Below are positions 1 through 13,477 of a stretch of 64,000 nucleotides of DNA, one piece after another. Source of the stretch: Klebsormidium nitens (Eukaryota > Plantae > Klebsormidiophyceae); assembly GCA_000708835.1 (NCBI GenBank), contig DF236969.1, positions 124,001 through 188,000 on the forward strand, written 5' to 3'. A program made the position numbers and the translations under genes. Position 1 is the first letter of the stretch. The number at the start of each line of letters is the position of its first letter. The notes under the pieces were generated by a model. The model saw only the letters and a program-made list of their open reading frames with translations, was not told the DNA's origin and ran no database searches.

Positions 1-1173
1 AACGCACGGGTTGATTTTCCAATCAAGTTCGCCATGCCGATTCGCAGCTGCATGAGTATGCAGGTTAGGGGCCAATCAAAATCAAGCCCGGCCATTGCCA
101 ATGCATGTCAGCAATTGAAAATGGATGATGATCGATGGCCTCCCGGCCAATTGGGAGCTGTACATAAGGGCTTGGAGCTGTACATACACGGTTAGACCCT
201 AGTTAGTTCTTGGTCGGTGGGTTTCAAGTTTGGCTGGGTCGGACCAGAAGTGATTAGTGTTGATTCTTAGCGATTCAACTTCAGATATACATTGGGATTA
301 CATAGCCGTCTAGACAAAAAGTTGATACTATAAAAAATCTTATGTATTGACGTTGTTGTAATTGCTAGGATTCGAACGCTTGATCGTTAGGTGAGGACCC
401 GTAGATAAATCCGTCCAATCACATGTACACTATTTCTTCGGCAGAGAATCGGTTGGCAAGGGTTCCTGAAGGCGCGCGACGGGATCGCTTCTCGCCAAGC
501 ACCAACATGCAGCTGTACGCGTGTTCCGATCGACGATCCTGGACCGGGGCACGTGAACCGAGCCAATCACAATGGCGCACCCCTTTGACATCCATTGACC
601 AAATCGAGTCAGGCCGACGGTTAACTTGAGGCTTCTCTTTTGTTTAGCTAGCCCCTGTACGATTAAGAAGGCTGAATGAACTGCCTTGGACGCTGGGACA
701 TCTAAAAAGTTAACTTACCGGGAAAGGCTTCGGTAACTTCATAACGGAACCGGCTATTTTCAGGCTTCGATCAGCCTTCACCGGCACTCCTGGATTTCAT
801 TGCAGGCCTCCCGGGGCTACCCCTTAGTACTACCGGGTACGACCGGGTTGAGGCTAACCTCTTATGCATGACAAGCCCCTGGCAAGCTCCTTATTTAGAT
901 GTGCGGCTTCTAAATAATGGTAAATTTGTCTGCCTGAAATTAAGGTCGAACTTCCCTAATTCGACGATTTCAAAACCCTAATGCCGTGGGACGATGATCA
1001 TGAAGACGTCTTCATGCATATCTCATGCTTCGCTCCATCTTTTTGAGATCCGTCTTTTGCACATGAAAGGATACATCGGAAGGTACCTCCTAAGTCTTAG
1101 TCGGCAAAAACCAATAGCTGTAAGTGCCTGCCACGACGTGGCCAAAACATGCATTTCTCGGCGTTTTGTAACA

Positions 1174-1494
1174 NNNNNNNNNNNNNNNNNNNNNNNNNNN
1201 NNNNNNNNNNNNNNNNNNNNNNNNNNNNNNNNNNNNNNNNNNNNNNNNNNNNNNNNNNNNNNNNNNNNNNNNNNNNNNNNNNNNNNNNNNNNNNNNNNNN
1301 NNNNNNNNNNNNNNNNNNNNNNNNNNNNNNNNNNNNNNNNNNNNNNNNNNNNNNNNNNNNNNNNNNNNNNNNNNNNNNNNNNNNNNNNNNNNNNNNNNNN
1401 NNNNNNNNNNNNNNNNNNNNNNNNNNNNNNNNNNNNNNNNNNNNNNNNNNNNNNNNNNNNNNNNNNNNNNNNNNNNNNNNNNNNNNNNNNNNNN
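1174..1494. other. Assembly gap (N run, 321 nt)
   Basis: Continuous Ns. ORFs spanning it are artefacts. Confidence 1.
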
Positions 1495-2800
1495 CACATT
1501 TGAAACTCTTCGTTTTCGCATGTTCAGAGACTTTCAAAATCGCCAGCCAGGAAAACCACTTTTCAAAATTCAAAAATTGAAAAAATTTTCAAAAATTTTC
1601 AAAATTCCGGTAAAAACGTCAAATCCTGGCGGGCTGCTTGCCCGCTTACGGTCCTCCCTGGCTGGCCGCCAGGATTTTCCGGCGAATTTTTCCCTGGCTG
1701 GCGCCAGAGTCAAAACCTTTCTTGCGCAGAGTTGCTGGCTGGCCGTTCGGTGCGGGCCCCTGGACTTTTCGAGCATGGCACCCGGGGATTCGCTGGCTAC
1801 TGTATTGTAGCCTCAATTCAGGAAGCTCAAAATCTACAGGGTGCAACGAGCTCAGTGCTCTATGAAAGGTGGATTAGCTGGCCTTCAAGTTCAAGGCTCA
1901 GCAGACACCACCATAGAAGGTTGCTAGCTGATTACTATCGTTTAGAGTGACACTGCAAAAAGGGCCGGGCCCGCAGCTCAGTGTTCGATGGCCACGTAAC
2001 CAAGCAGCTGCCCAGAGGTTCGCCAATCTTGCAATGCGGACTGCTTTTCATTCTTGCGGCTTGCATATGAGAGGGACTTCTGTCAGCTAGTTATACACCA
2101 ACAGCTCGTATTCCTTTGATGTTTGCTTGAGCTCAACTCTGAAGACGTTGAGAAGTCAACGCACAATTGTTCTTGCCCCTGAAGCAACAGCAAAAGCAGG
2201 ATGACAAGCAAAACTGGAGCCACTACTACTCTCAGCATTGCTGCTCTTGGGGCTGGATAGGCAACGATTAGGCGCTGAAACGGTAAGCCAGCAACGCCAT
2301 AGCAGCTCAGATCACCCTTTCTTAAAATGCTCAAAAGGTCTGAACATACAAGTTTGGCTTTGCGGTGAAGGGCTGCATTGGGTACCAGGCCCGTTGGTAC
2401 AAAAGCAACTAAAAGGAGTTGCGTCAGCTTTTGGAATGAAGTGTTTGAGCTGCAGGGAGGGAGGCAGGATGGTACAGGAACATGGACAGAGCTAGCAAGG
2501 AGATTAGAATGGTGCATCCATCGAAACTTGGAGAATCTGGAGAGGGTTCTGTTGGTCAAATGAGGCAGATGCTGTACGCACCAACACTGATGCATAGCTC
2601 CTTGGCTAGCCTTTGCAGAATTTTACGCGCCAGTTCAGGCAAGAACTTTGATCAGCTTTTTGGTGCTTACTGTTGGTAAAGTTGGTTACCAGTTGGTTAC
2701 CACCTCAGAGACCTTCTGAATGACAAACACCAATTGTGTGCAGGGTAACCATTAAGACACTGCACATGAGTGAAGTGTGCCATGTCAATTGAGATCTACC

Positions 2801-5800
2801 ATGGACCGCCACAATAAAGAGAGGGGACTGCCAAACCTGAGGCAAGAACCGAGCCTACCAGTCAGCCCGCCGTCCGATACAACTGTGGGACAGTTTGATG
2901 GACGGAAGAGAGATGATGCTGCGCCTCGTGACACAGACGGCCATTGGAGGAGCAAAAGCAAGCTGGTTTCTGACGAGAGTCTAGGTAAGGACTGGGGGCG
3001 ACCTCCCTCTGGAAAAGTATCCAAGAAAGGTCCAGCGGTGGATTACGAGAATGGTGACAGAAGTGGCGGTGGAGAGGGTCCCGCGTCTCGGTCCGAGGAT
3101 GAGCGGCGAACGGAGGGCAGAGAGAGGCGGGAGAGCAGGGGACGGAAGGAAAAGGCAAGTGTTCGAACTGTGGAGGAGGAACGACTTAACAGTATTTCTG
3201 ATCAGCAAAAACATTTGAATAGGAATAAACGGGAAATGGCGTCGGCCAGTGACGCCACTTGGTCTGAAAAGCGAATGGATTCCGGAGCCGGATTGGAAGA
3301 GCGGACTGACGGCTTGGCAGGCGGAAGGGGAGCAGAGAATCAAACGGACGAACGGGATGCGGAAAGGAGCGGAACACGAGGAACGGGAATAGCATCCAGA
3401 CAGACGACAGAACGGAGGAGGGAACGAGCCAACGACCGTTCCGAAGAAGAGTCGACGGAACGATCTAACGGAGGAGGATCGGAGAGACGGACGGAAAGAA
3501 GTGCGGCAGAGGAAGAAGAGCGGAGGCGGCGGAAAGAGGAGCGGCGGATAAAGCGGGCGGAAAAGGAGGCGCGCCGGGCCACGAGAGCCCAACGAGGGGA
3601 GGGGGAAAGCGGCGAAGAAACGACGGGACGCCGGCAGAGTGGCAGAGAGACGATCCGAGAGCGCATTGCAGATGGGTTGCCTGCCAGTCAAAGTGGAAGC
3701 GGAGATCGAAACGAACGTCGAGAAGACAGAGGCAGGGACGGGACGTCCAAAACAGACAGAAGCCGAGAAAGGGAAAGAAACGCAGAAAGGATGTTGGATT
3801 CAGAAAGAATGAGAAGAAGCGGAGCGGGAAGAAGGGACGATATGAACGGTTCTCCAAGTGGACCACCTGTTTTGGGGAACGGTTTGCCAAATGACACAGG
3901 GGCCTTGGAGACCGGGTCAAAAGGGCCGGTGAATGGGGCCAGTGGTAAAGGCGCCAACGGGCGGCTGGGGCGAGGGGTATCATTTATGAACGAGGTCTAC
4001 GAAGAGAACGACGAAGGTAAGAGAAAGCCAGGTTTTCCCTTCACGGGTTTTATTTCACATCCCTTTACAACAATGTACGTTCAGCCATTGTGGATCCGTT
4101 CCTCAGAGGGCAACTGCGCCCCTCGCATGTCTTTTGAAAAGGTTTCGAAAAGTTTTCCAGCGAGGAGTAACCTTGAGTTGCACGTCTCCCTGACTTTCAG
4201 ATGGCTTGACTGCACGGCTTCCATCCCTGCATCCCGTCTCAATAAACCAGTGTCAGAAACTAGCAGTTGCCGTGGCGCGAATGAACTTGGCGAACATTGC
4301 CTTACTTGCTCGGCCGACCTCCTCTACTCGCACGTCCTGCTTTCCCCCTGTACTCGAGCAGCGCATACCGATGAAGCCAAATACGTCTGCTTTCAAAAAA
4401 CACTCCGTAGCACATTCATAAACTGAAGGCGAGAGAGTGCAAGTGAAGACGTTGCTTACTTTTCCCCGTCCTGCCCCGCAGCCATGTTGCTTCACTCGAC
4501 GTTCAAGTACGACGAGTCGACGGGCCAGCTGACCAGCACTCTCGCCAGCTCCATGCCTGCGGCCGAAGAGAAGAAACAGCGACTCTACATAGAGGGGGTG
4601 ACGGACGGCAACTTTCACAGGTAGGCCAAGATGCCCAAATCGGGTAAACAATGCGAAACCCCTTGCTGTTGGTTAGGGTTAGGTAGATGACCCCTGTGAT
4701 TAACTTCCGGTCGTTTCGTGCCTGTTCGTTTGTTCTTCAGCCCACATAAGGAGGACTTGTGAATCCAGACGAAAACAGGTCCTACCTGCCTCTATGGAGT
4801 TGGAGGGACATGGCACATATCAACCTCTTTCTAAAAGCTCTCTTTTTTTTTCCGTTGTGCCTCCCAAAGCAGACGCAGTATGTCAATCTACGCGTGCTCT
4901 TCATCTTCGTACTGATCAAGCGCATCTACTCATTAAGCTCTTTGGCCAGCCCTTTAACTACCTTCGCCCCTAGCTAACACGCGACCGTCACAAATCTCGA
5001 AGTATTAAACTGCGCCCTTCATTCCGTCTGCAGAACGCACACAGGGAGCGAGCAGGGTGACGTCAGCCTCTGGTGCTGCTGGCGGCCCGCCACGTGGCAG
5101 CGCCGGGACGCCGAGGACGATGACGTGGAGCTGGGCAGCTCGGGCGGCATCGTGCTGCGGGTCGCCTGCGAGCAGGTCGCCGCGTGCCTCTCGTTCGTCG
5201 CGCACTTTTCCAACAGCTTGCTGGGGGGGTTCGCGCTACTGAATCTGTAAGCTCCTCTAGATCTTTGGCCAGTTGATTCTCTTAAAACCCTGTCAATCTT
5301 GATCTGGATTTTGGGTGCCCTAATGCTTTGGGCTGGTTTTCCCAACAACTTCTTGTGGGGGTTTGCGCTACGAAGTCTGTAAGCTTAACGTGGTTCCAGA
5401 AACAGGTAGGGTGGTTCGATTTTCCTTGTCGGTCTCTGATCTACCTTTGGGGGCTCGACCGTGTTTAGCAGCTTCTCAAACGTCCTACTGGGGCAATGTG
5501 AGCTTTGTTGACGTTGAAGTTTCATGAACTATCTGGTTGAAACAAAAGTTCGAAAGTCCGAGCGTAAGAGGGACTCCGCAAAGCCTGCTTTCCCAGGTCT
5601 TCCTCCTCTTATGTCGCCTTGACTTCGCTGCCAAGAAGAATGATAAGCTTCTCCAGAAATCTTCTTCTCCAAACGTGGTTATTTCCGTGTCCCTCTTTGA
5701 GCGCCTCATTATGTCGCTCCTAGGAATGCAACACGCTTTCTCATAACGTCTACGTCCTGTCTCTCCTGCAACTTCCGGCTCCCGTCACCCTCTCTGGGAA

Positions 5801-8161
5801 CCATCTGGGGCAATAGCTTCCTCGTTGAACTCCGAAGGAAACACCTTATCCTGCGTTTCTCACAGAAGCTGACAGTACACGATTCTGACGCGCCTGAGCA
5901 CGAGCATGTTCGGCCTACTCTATTCATCGCGCTGATTGCGATTTTTCCGCTAACACCGCTCATTCTGCTTTCTGCCGCAGGTATCTGACGTACCTGTACA
6001 ACGCCGGTTCGCTCCCCGGCGGCTTCCTGGCGTATTACACGCCCGTTGCAATCAACTGCCAACGGACGTTCCTCCTGCTGTCGTCGATATGTCTCCTGGC
6101 GGCCTGCGACAAGTGAGACGCTGCCAAATTACTTCTCCAGTATGTACTAAGAATGCTTTGTGGACACGCGGGATATTTCTATATGCTATTTACGGACGAT
6201 GAGGCAAGGATTTGACGTCCTCGGGGCGAGCTTCGGCCTCTGTTGTGGTCCACCTCCTCCAGAATTGGTGGGTATTCGTCAACGTTGGCAGCGCTTCAAA
6301 AGGTCTGAGAAAGAGCTTCTCGCAGGCTGATACGCGCGACTTCGACAAACACGTCACCCTGACCGTTGTGACTTCCTCAGGCTGTCGTGCAATGGATAGC
6401 CGAAGCCTTGGTAGCGAAACGCTTTGGGCGAGTCCGTAAGCAGACATCAGTAAGCTGTCAGGATCTTTACTGCCCGCTTGCAATCACCGTGAATCCGATT
6501 CCTTTTGTTCGGTTTAAGAGCGGTAATCTACATGCAGGTATGCGAAGGATAAGCTTGCGGAGTGGCAGCCCCGGGGGAACGTGCAGTGGCGGCACGACCT
6601 GCTAGTCATTCTGGTGAGCGGCTCTCTTGCAACTGTTCTAAAAGTGTTGCAAGCGGCTTTTGTAGCCTTTCCCCTGTAGCTTTCTCAAACCTAACCCGTA
6701 GAGGGAAGTCAACTGAATTGACTGCGCCCTTAAGCAAGTGAAGGCACTCAAAAAGACGCTGCAAGCGCCAGGTGGTGGTAAACTAATTTAAGCGTTGCTC
6801 GGGTTGACAGCCGGTAAATGTGCTGAATGGAGAGAAACCTCGTAGAAAACGACCGATGTCTGCCGAACAAAGGCACTCGAAGCTATAAGTTGACAGCTGT
6901 CGTTGACTGGCGCTTCCTTCGCTTGCTCGCAGCCAGCCAGCAATGAAACCTATGGCAGCAAGCTGCCAAAACTGGGCTGCTTCATCCCTTCTTATTCAAA
7001 ACCGAAGTTCTGATGGGATGCTCTGCAGGCGTCGTTGCTCTGAAAACCTGATTTGAAGACTTCTCAAACCAGCCCGCTGAATGACCTCTGCTTGCGCCCT
7101 TGCAGTCCTTCTTCCTCGCGTTCGTTCTTTCCGTCGTCGGTACCCCTTTCGAGGTGTACATCTTCCAACAAAACAAGTCGTCCCCAGAGTAAGTATGACG
7201 GTTCCCTAAGAAAAACCATCTGCGCTCAAGTGCAACTGAGCAAGAAAGCATTGGGGCACTCTAGCCGCAATGAGTATGCTACGGAGGTGTGCCTTTGTGA
7301 GAGTCCGTTCAGCAACTATGCTTGGCATAGCGCTGGTTGCATTTGCGGAATCACTGATGTTCCGCACCAAAAACTCTACTCAGGAAGGTTGCGTATTGCC
7401 ACTAGTAAAGTCGTGGCCTCTTAGAGTCTTCAGGAAAGGAACCAAAATGTAATAACAGAAGCGTTCGCTTGATCCTGTTCTAAAAGCCACTCTGCCTGCG
7501 ATCTTCTGATTTGGAAAAGGTGCCACTGATGAACCAAAGCTATGATTTACTGTTTGTGTATGTGTGCAGTTGGTACAGCACAGATGGATCTACCGCCCAT
7601 TTCCAGGCGCGTCTCAAGTCGTGGCACGTGCTCAACTTCGTACGGGTACGCTCGACTTCTTACGAACCCCTCATTCCTTCTGGGCTTATCCTCTTTGCTC
7701 TTCTTCTATTTGCGCTTCTTCCGTTCCGCAAATCGACGCTTTGAGGCTCGCTTCCAAAAGTGTACTTTCATAAACGTATGCTTTGCCTCGCACAGCTTGC
7801 TTGACATCTAGCTATTGGGATTGCGTCCCCTTCAAAAGTTGCTGAGTCCTCAAGACATATCCTCTGGAGACGACGTTTCTAACGCCGTCGTAATGCTGCA
7901 TGAGCTTCGATAGAATACGGCGAGACAACGCGGAGGGTTGACTTGTGAGTTTTCTTTCTCACGCAGTTAGGAGCATGTGCAGTAGGCTTCTTCGTAGTTA
8001 TGCTCGAAGGGAATGTAGCTTTGCGGACGGCACGAAACAAGTCTCTGCAAGTGGCTCGGTTAGAGAGGACAGCTGGCGCAGCGGCACTGGCTAACTCCCT
8101 CGCCCGGGCGAACGTGATGACTCAGAGCATGCAAGCAACTCGCTACAGTCTCAGATCGTGA
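2801..8161 (+). CDS. TMEM237: TMEM237-like ciliary transition-zone membrane protein. Exons 2801-4016, 4482-4620, 5034-5246, 5981-6112, 6538-6613, 7106-7188, 7570-7645, 7967-8161
   Basis: All introns are GT-AG with matching phases. A long R/E-rich N-terminus is followed by about 4 hydrophobic segments (FSNSLLGGFALLNL; FLAYYTPVAINCQRTFLLLSSICLLAACDK; SFFLAFVLSVVG; LKSWHVLNFVRLGACAVGFF) that resemble the TMEM237 family from memory. The start codon is uncertain. Confidence 0.65.
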
Positions 8162-9094
8162 CATGGGTATACAGTGTATAAAGGTTTGTCCTTAGCAATC
8201 TGCAGCTGAGGCAGCGGGAGAGACTTGCTCACGTCTCACATTGAAGGCATTCTATAACTGATCGCACGCAAATAAAGCAGGCCCAATCAGAGCAGATCTC
8301 CCGTTTGAAGATTACAAATTCCCGCGCAAGTGCGTTTTTGAAGCAGGTATGCCGCCTCATGCAAAAGTCTATGCTAAAGGCCGGACGCGCTCACACTGAC
8401 ATGATGTGGGCACCGCCCGAGAAACGTTGCCAGGCGCTCATCATGGCATGCATACCAACTTGGACTCAAAGATGGCGGGCCTTGCAACCTGGCCGTCATC
8501 GCGTCGCTTTTCAAGGGCGCGGTGCCGACAGCCCCCAGCCGTGGCACAACTCAGCCAGACTAGCTCGGCCACACGTTACTACCACATGAGGTCAAATCTA
8601 TTGCATGACTCTAAGGGATCCGATCGTATCGATTGAAACTCACATCATGCAAGTGACGCGCCCAAGTAAATGTTTTATTGATGAAAATCGCTCGCCAGGA
8701 GAATTGCATAAGTACAACATGTCAGGCACTGCTCTTGACTTGTATGTGCTGAAACATGAGCTCTGCGCTTCTCATGCTTCCAACTTTACAGAGACCAGAA
8801 CGTTCACATGTCCAAACCTCATGAGACATGGGCAAGCAGCATGTGACTGGACTTTGCACTTTGGACTCCCCTACAACAGACCTGATCACAATTGTATACA
8901 ATGGACAATGGAGAAGGGACGCACTGTCCTTCTCAATCGGCCTGCTGAAGTGATTTGCAAGTTGGATTCAAGGTGTGGACTTCGAAAGGAATACTTCCGC
9001 TCTGATTGTGCCGATAGATCTGACCGGCTATCTCAACATGCCAATCTTGAGGTTGCCAGGTCTACAAGCAGCTTAATGATTACCTGCGTACGTT

Positions 9095-10285
9095 CTATGT
9101 GTATGTTTCCTTGCCAAAGTCATAGGAGAAGCTGATATTTGTTGGCACTGGCGGGTTGCGCTGGTATTTTGATCCTCCAACGGCCCACGGTATGATGTAA
9201 GGATCTGGGTGTGCTTTTTCCCTGAGCCTTGCTTCGCCTCTGTCAAGCAACCGGTCAACAAGGTCCAGGTTTGTCTGCAAAATGAAGGGCCAGCTGTCAA
9301 TCTCAGCAGGCAAGGACAGAGCAGAAACGACAGAATTGAACCCGAGGGTCCAGGAATTGATGCTTTCCGATGCTACAGAATATGCTGACTTTGATTTCCC
9401 AGTGAGGCAAAAATCGCGAAGTTCGTGGACTCTACAAATGATCAGACGTACTGACCATATCAACTTCACCGCCGACATCCTGAAGCAATCACACGATTGG
9501 TGGCACAGAAAGCTTCGGATTGACGGGGCGCAGGTCGAAATTGCTATGTGTTCCCAAGTGTTGATTTGACGGACTTGGTTGAAAGTTGGAAGGAAGGTCC
9601 ACAGGGGACCAGAGCAGGTAACGAAACTGGCACCCATCTTTGCTTTACGGAGCGGCCAAGGATGCAGGTGTTCTGCCGATGTCAAAGAATGCTAGAGAGC
9701 AACAGAATATTGAGGCGGCTCGCGTCGGCTTGTTAACAGAAATCAATGCCGTTTGCTTGGGCATTTCTAACTCTGAATGTTGCCAAAGCAGCAGAATGCC
9801 GATTTGATGTCTATCGGGCAGCAGTAGTGCTTTCGAGCTCCACAAAGTGGATTCCTGAGAGAGAGAAACTGATCTTTCAAAAGACACCTGATGCACTCTG
9901 ACCCTGATACTCTGGGAGTCTGATCCTAGCATAGGATAGTGTCGGTGAAGTGTCGGTGAGAGAATCTCAGACCCAACCAGCATCTGCTTTTCTCAAACTC
10001 ATGCACATACTTAGCATGAGCTCCTCAATGCCCAGGCACCAGTATAGAAGATCGGTTAAACTGATTCTTAACATTGTTTTACTCCAAAGTTCTGCAGACA
10101 TTAAAAGAAAGCGTGGCACCCACCACATTTTTGTGCTGCTCAAACTCTGCGCGCGTCTTCATTGCCTCATTATAGAACGTGTCCCTGTGTACCGCCCAGC
10201 TCTGCACCGTCTTTAAAGCTCGTCTATACAACAACCGCACTTTTGCCTGCTGCTCAAGCCTGCGGGCAATTATCGGCGAGCTCAT
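9095..10285 (-). CDS. NDUFB9: NADH dehydrogenase complex I subunit B22 (NDUFB9, LYR family), 113 aa. Exons 10285-10124, 9274-9095
   Basis: VRLLYRRALKTVQSWAVHRDTFY and HPDPYIIPWAVGGSKYQRNP match plant B22 motifs. The intron is phase-0 GT-AG. Confidence 0.93.
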
Positions 10286-11366
10286 GGCGTCACAAGGCAC
10301 TTCAAACTGGACGCAATCAGATAGCTAGCAAGTGACAAACTGTTGCAAAACTAGAAAACGCAGAAGGTGCTCTGTTCTCTCCCTACACCCCAAAAACTTC
10401 GTCACGGAGACGTAAAACAGCCAGCAATGAAGCACCAGCCCGCCGATAAAGGAACCGTCTCCTTCTGATCTGTTCAACACTTAAACATTGCCACCTGATC
10501 AGGAACAAGCTTTAGGTCTTTTTTAGTTTCTGAGGGCGGGCCCACGCCAATGCCAATGGCAACAAATTTGCAAGTGCTGCAGCAGAGATGCAGCACGTAG
10601 CTGCAAATTGCAATGCCTATGCTGCATCCAAGTCGCCACCTGCCCATTGATACATCTATTGTCCATCGAACGGTCCGAAACTTGCAGAAGCGGCTCAGGA
10701 GTCGGTTGGTTGTACCGGTAGGCCGTGGTTGCCTAAACCACCCGAGGTTGGCTGTTCAAACCACTGGGCATGATTCTTTGACGGGTCTGTGACAGGGGAT
10801 GGTCAAGCTGGTAATCTGGCGAGGGTTTACTGGACGTGGTGAAGGCTACCGAGCACACGGCTGCAGCACGCAGGCATGTCGACTTTCTCGAGCCGTTCAC
10901 TGGACTGAGACAGCGGTCAACGGCTCAGATGGCATCGCTTTAGTGCCCCTCCGAATTACAGCAATGATGCCAGCTGCATGCACGGGGCTGCCACGGATAG
11001 GCACAGGGGCTCGTTGGGCTCGGGAGGGGCGGCCACTCGTCCAAAAGGTGGAATATAGCCGCGTCTGCTCCTTCGATTCACGGACCCTATTCTAAAACCC
11101 CTCCGGGTCATTTTGGGACCCCTATTCGTAAAACCAAAAGCGCTTTCCTCCTCCCCTATATCCCCTCAAATCCTCGACAAGCTTATACTTTGTAAAGATG
11201 CCGTTAGGCGGCTCGAATTTAATTCCCGGGTTCCGGTCCTACCCCCTTTTGGGTGGGTCGGTCGGTCGGGGAAAAATAATAGTTGGTTTTTTGCCTGTAT
11301 GTTTGAAATATGAAATGATATGGAGTATTTTTGGGGGGAAAACCTCATTTCTTGGCCCGGTTCTCA

Positions 11367-11657
11367 TCGGCCCCGGAACGAGAATATATGACTTTGGATA
11401 TTCCATATTCCTCGAAGGATTTTGGGCAATATTCCAATTCCTTGCCACCCCAATATTCCAGATTCCAAGAAATTTTTGAGATATAGGAATTCAAATTACC
11501 CGGATTCCTGCACTAATTTTGCAGTATTCCATATTCCGTGAAAAAAAAATCTCAAAACCAAATATTCCGATTCCTAGGCCAAAAAATCCCGATATTCCAA
11601 TTCCTGGAGCCCCAAAAACCCGATATTCCTATTCCAATATTCTCGTTCCGGGGCCGA
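11367..11657. mobile_element. MITE, about 290 bp, with perfect 21-22 bp terminal inverted repeats
   Basis: (A)TCGGCCCCGGAACGAGAATAT at 11366-11387 is the exact reverse complement of 11637-11658. There is a possible TCA target-site duplication, and the AT-rich interior carries many ATATTCC subrepeats. Confidence 0.75.
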
Positions 11658-13477
11658 TCATACTTCTTTTATATTAAAGGCCGTAGCGTGAGCCATGGAC
11701 CTGAGAGCGAGTACACATTTTGTTGCGAGTCTGAACGTTTGATTAGAAAAGCTACTCTACCACTGCATGTACACTACCTACATCAATGATGTTAGTGCCT
11801 ACCGGCCTTTCTGCCTTTGGCTAACCCTCTATGAGCCTGATATGCACTATTAATGCTAGGTTGCACGAATCAGAGCTTATACTAGCTTGCCAGACTTGGA
11901 TGTGGTGGGGTCGTCATGGGCCCCGGTAGGTTGGTCGTGTACAATGGTGCAGCGTGTGCGTCCCTTCAATCTGGGAAAATGCATCATGTAGAGCTTTCCA
12001 GCGGTTCAGTTTTGACAACTCCCAACAAAATGTTGTGTACCTGTCAAGGCCGGGGAGGAGTGGGCTCTGATACGTTCGTAAGTCGGTGAGGGCTACCTCT
12101 TCCGCAGAATTTTGACAAACAAACACATGTATTCAGAAGCTGGCAAAACCTGCCCGGCTAGAAGTTTGGGTGGGACCTTCTCAAACTACCAGTAGTCCAT
12201 GCAAATAATAGACAATGCGACACCATGCCGTTGCTTAGCAGAGGGGAAAGTGTCGGGCCATTAAAAACCCTCTTCCAGTACGCCCTGTTTTATTGCGTCC
12301 GGTTTTTCGGAAGAGGGTAAAGGTACCCGGGGGTGCCCTCCCGTGCATGTAAGGCTTGCTTCACTCACATTAGCAGCAAGCAGGCCGCATGGACAGGATC
12401 TGATATAGAGAATCCACAGAGATGGTAAATTGTCCCGTCGTATGATGACTTCACTTGTTTGACATTAAGGGCGACAGTAAGCAAGACCAGCCCGCCAAGC
12501 TTGTTGGACGCAGCGCAGCGCACCAGATCTGCAAAGTTGGAAACGCACAGTACTATGCACGATCATGATAGATGCGAGCAAAAATAGAGCGTAAACTCGG
12601 ATGCCAGTTGCATGGGTAAAAGTGGAGAATGCTGGCAGAGGGCAAGCCTCAAAGGGTCAACGTTGCAATCTATTCCTCTTTCCCGGGGGGTAAAGTGAGC
12701 AGTCGTTCTGCTCGATTTGGTGTGCAACTAATGCAATGCAACTTCTTGGGAAGGGTAAATGGGGGTAAACGTGCTCGATGAGAGCTTGGTAAATAACGCG
12801 TGCAACAGATGTTTTGCACCTTTTGAGGAAGGGTAAAAGGGGGGGTAAACGGTGCTCAATGCGAGCAAATGGCACGGAACTTTGAGCTGTCAACTTGAGC
12901 CTTTTTCCCTGGCAAGCAACGTGCAGGTCCCTAATGACTGAGATGAGTTCAGAGGAAAAGGGTTAAAACAGATGTAAATTTGCTCAGGGCGAGCAGGTTG
13001 GCAAGAGATGTGGTACAATCGTGCTGTCAACCTCAACCTCTGTAAACGACAACCTAACTGCAGCTGATCCTCAATGTGGTCGAAAGAACGAACACAATAT
13101 GGTGACCCCCCTCATTACCAAATGACCTTTCCATGCCAGATGGTCTATGATCTCCTGCGGCAATTCTGGTTGAGCAGATGACTTGCTTGAGCAAAAAGTG
13201 GCGGCCCTGGCCCCAAGTGTCATTGTCGCTGTCACAATGAGTAATGGCAATGAAATCCACAGCCAAAGCTGAATCTCAATATTTTCAAAGAGAATCTGGG
13301 ACAGAAAATCGACTACGGTATATTTATTATTTTGTTCCAAAATCCTTCGGAGTTTGGGTCGGTCGGGGACCGGAAACCGGGATTTAACTTCGAGTCGCCG
13401 TATAACGCCGAAGTAGCGCAGATCTGAAGAGAAATCGCAGGATTGTTTGCTCGCTTTTGATGCACACACACACATAA

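Noticed and set aside
994-1580. ORFs of 140-170 aa in several frames
   Set aside because: They run through the N gap.
1495-1800. AT-rich TTTCAAAA-rich segment, possibly a transposon end
   Set aside because: It abuts the gap, and no TIR partner or TSD can be identified.
4741-4790. Apparent acceptor and ORF MNPDENRSYLPLW inside the TMEM237 gene
   Set aside because: It gives a stop in the required phase; the exon at 5034 joins cleanly instead.
8305-9569. Plus-strand ORFs of 94-176 aa
   Set aside because: No recognisable motifs or codon bias; they overlap the NDUFB9 gene and its downstream region.
12300-12870. GGGTAAA(G/T)GGGGGTAAAC direct repeats
   Set aside because: Only 2-3 short degenerate copies; probably a transposon remnant that cannot be classified.
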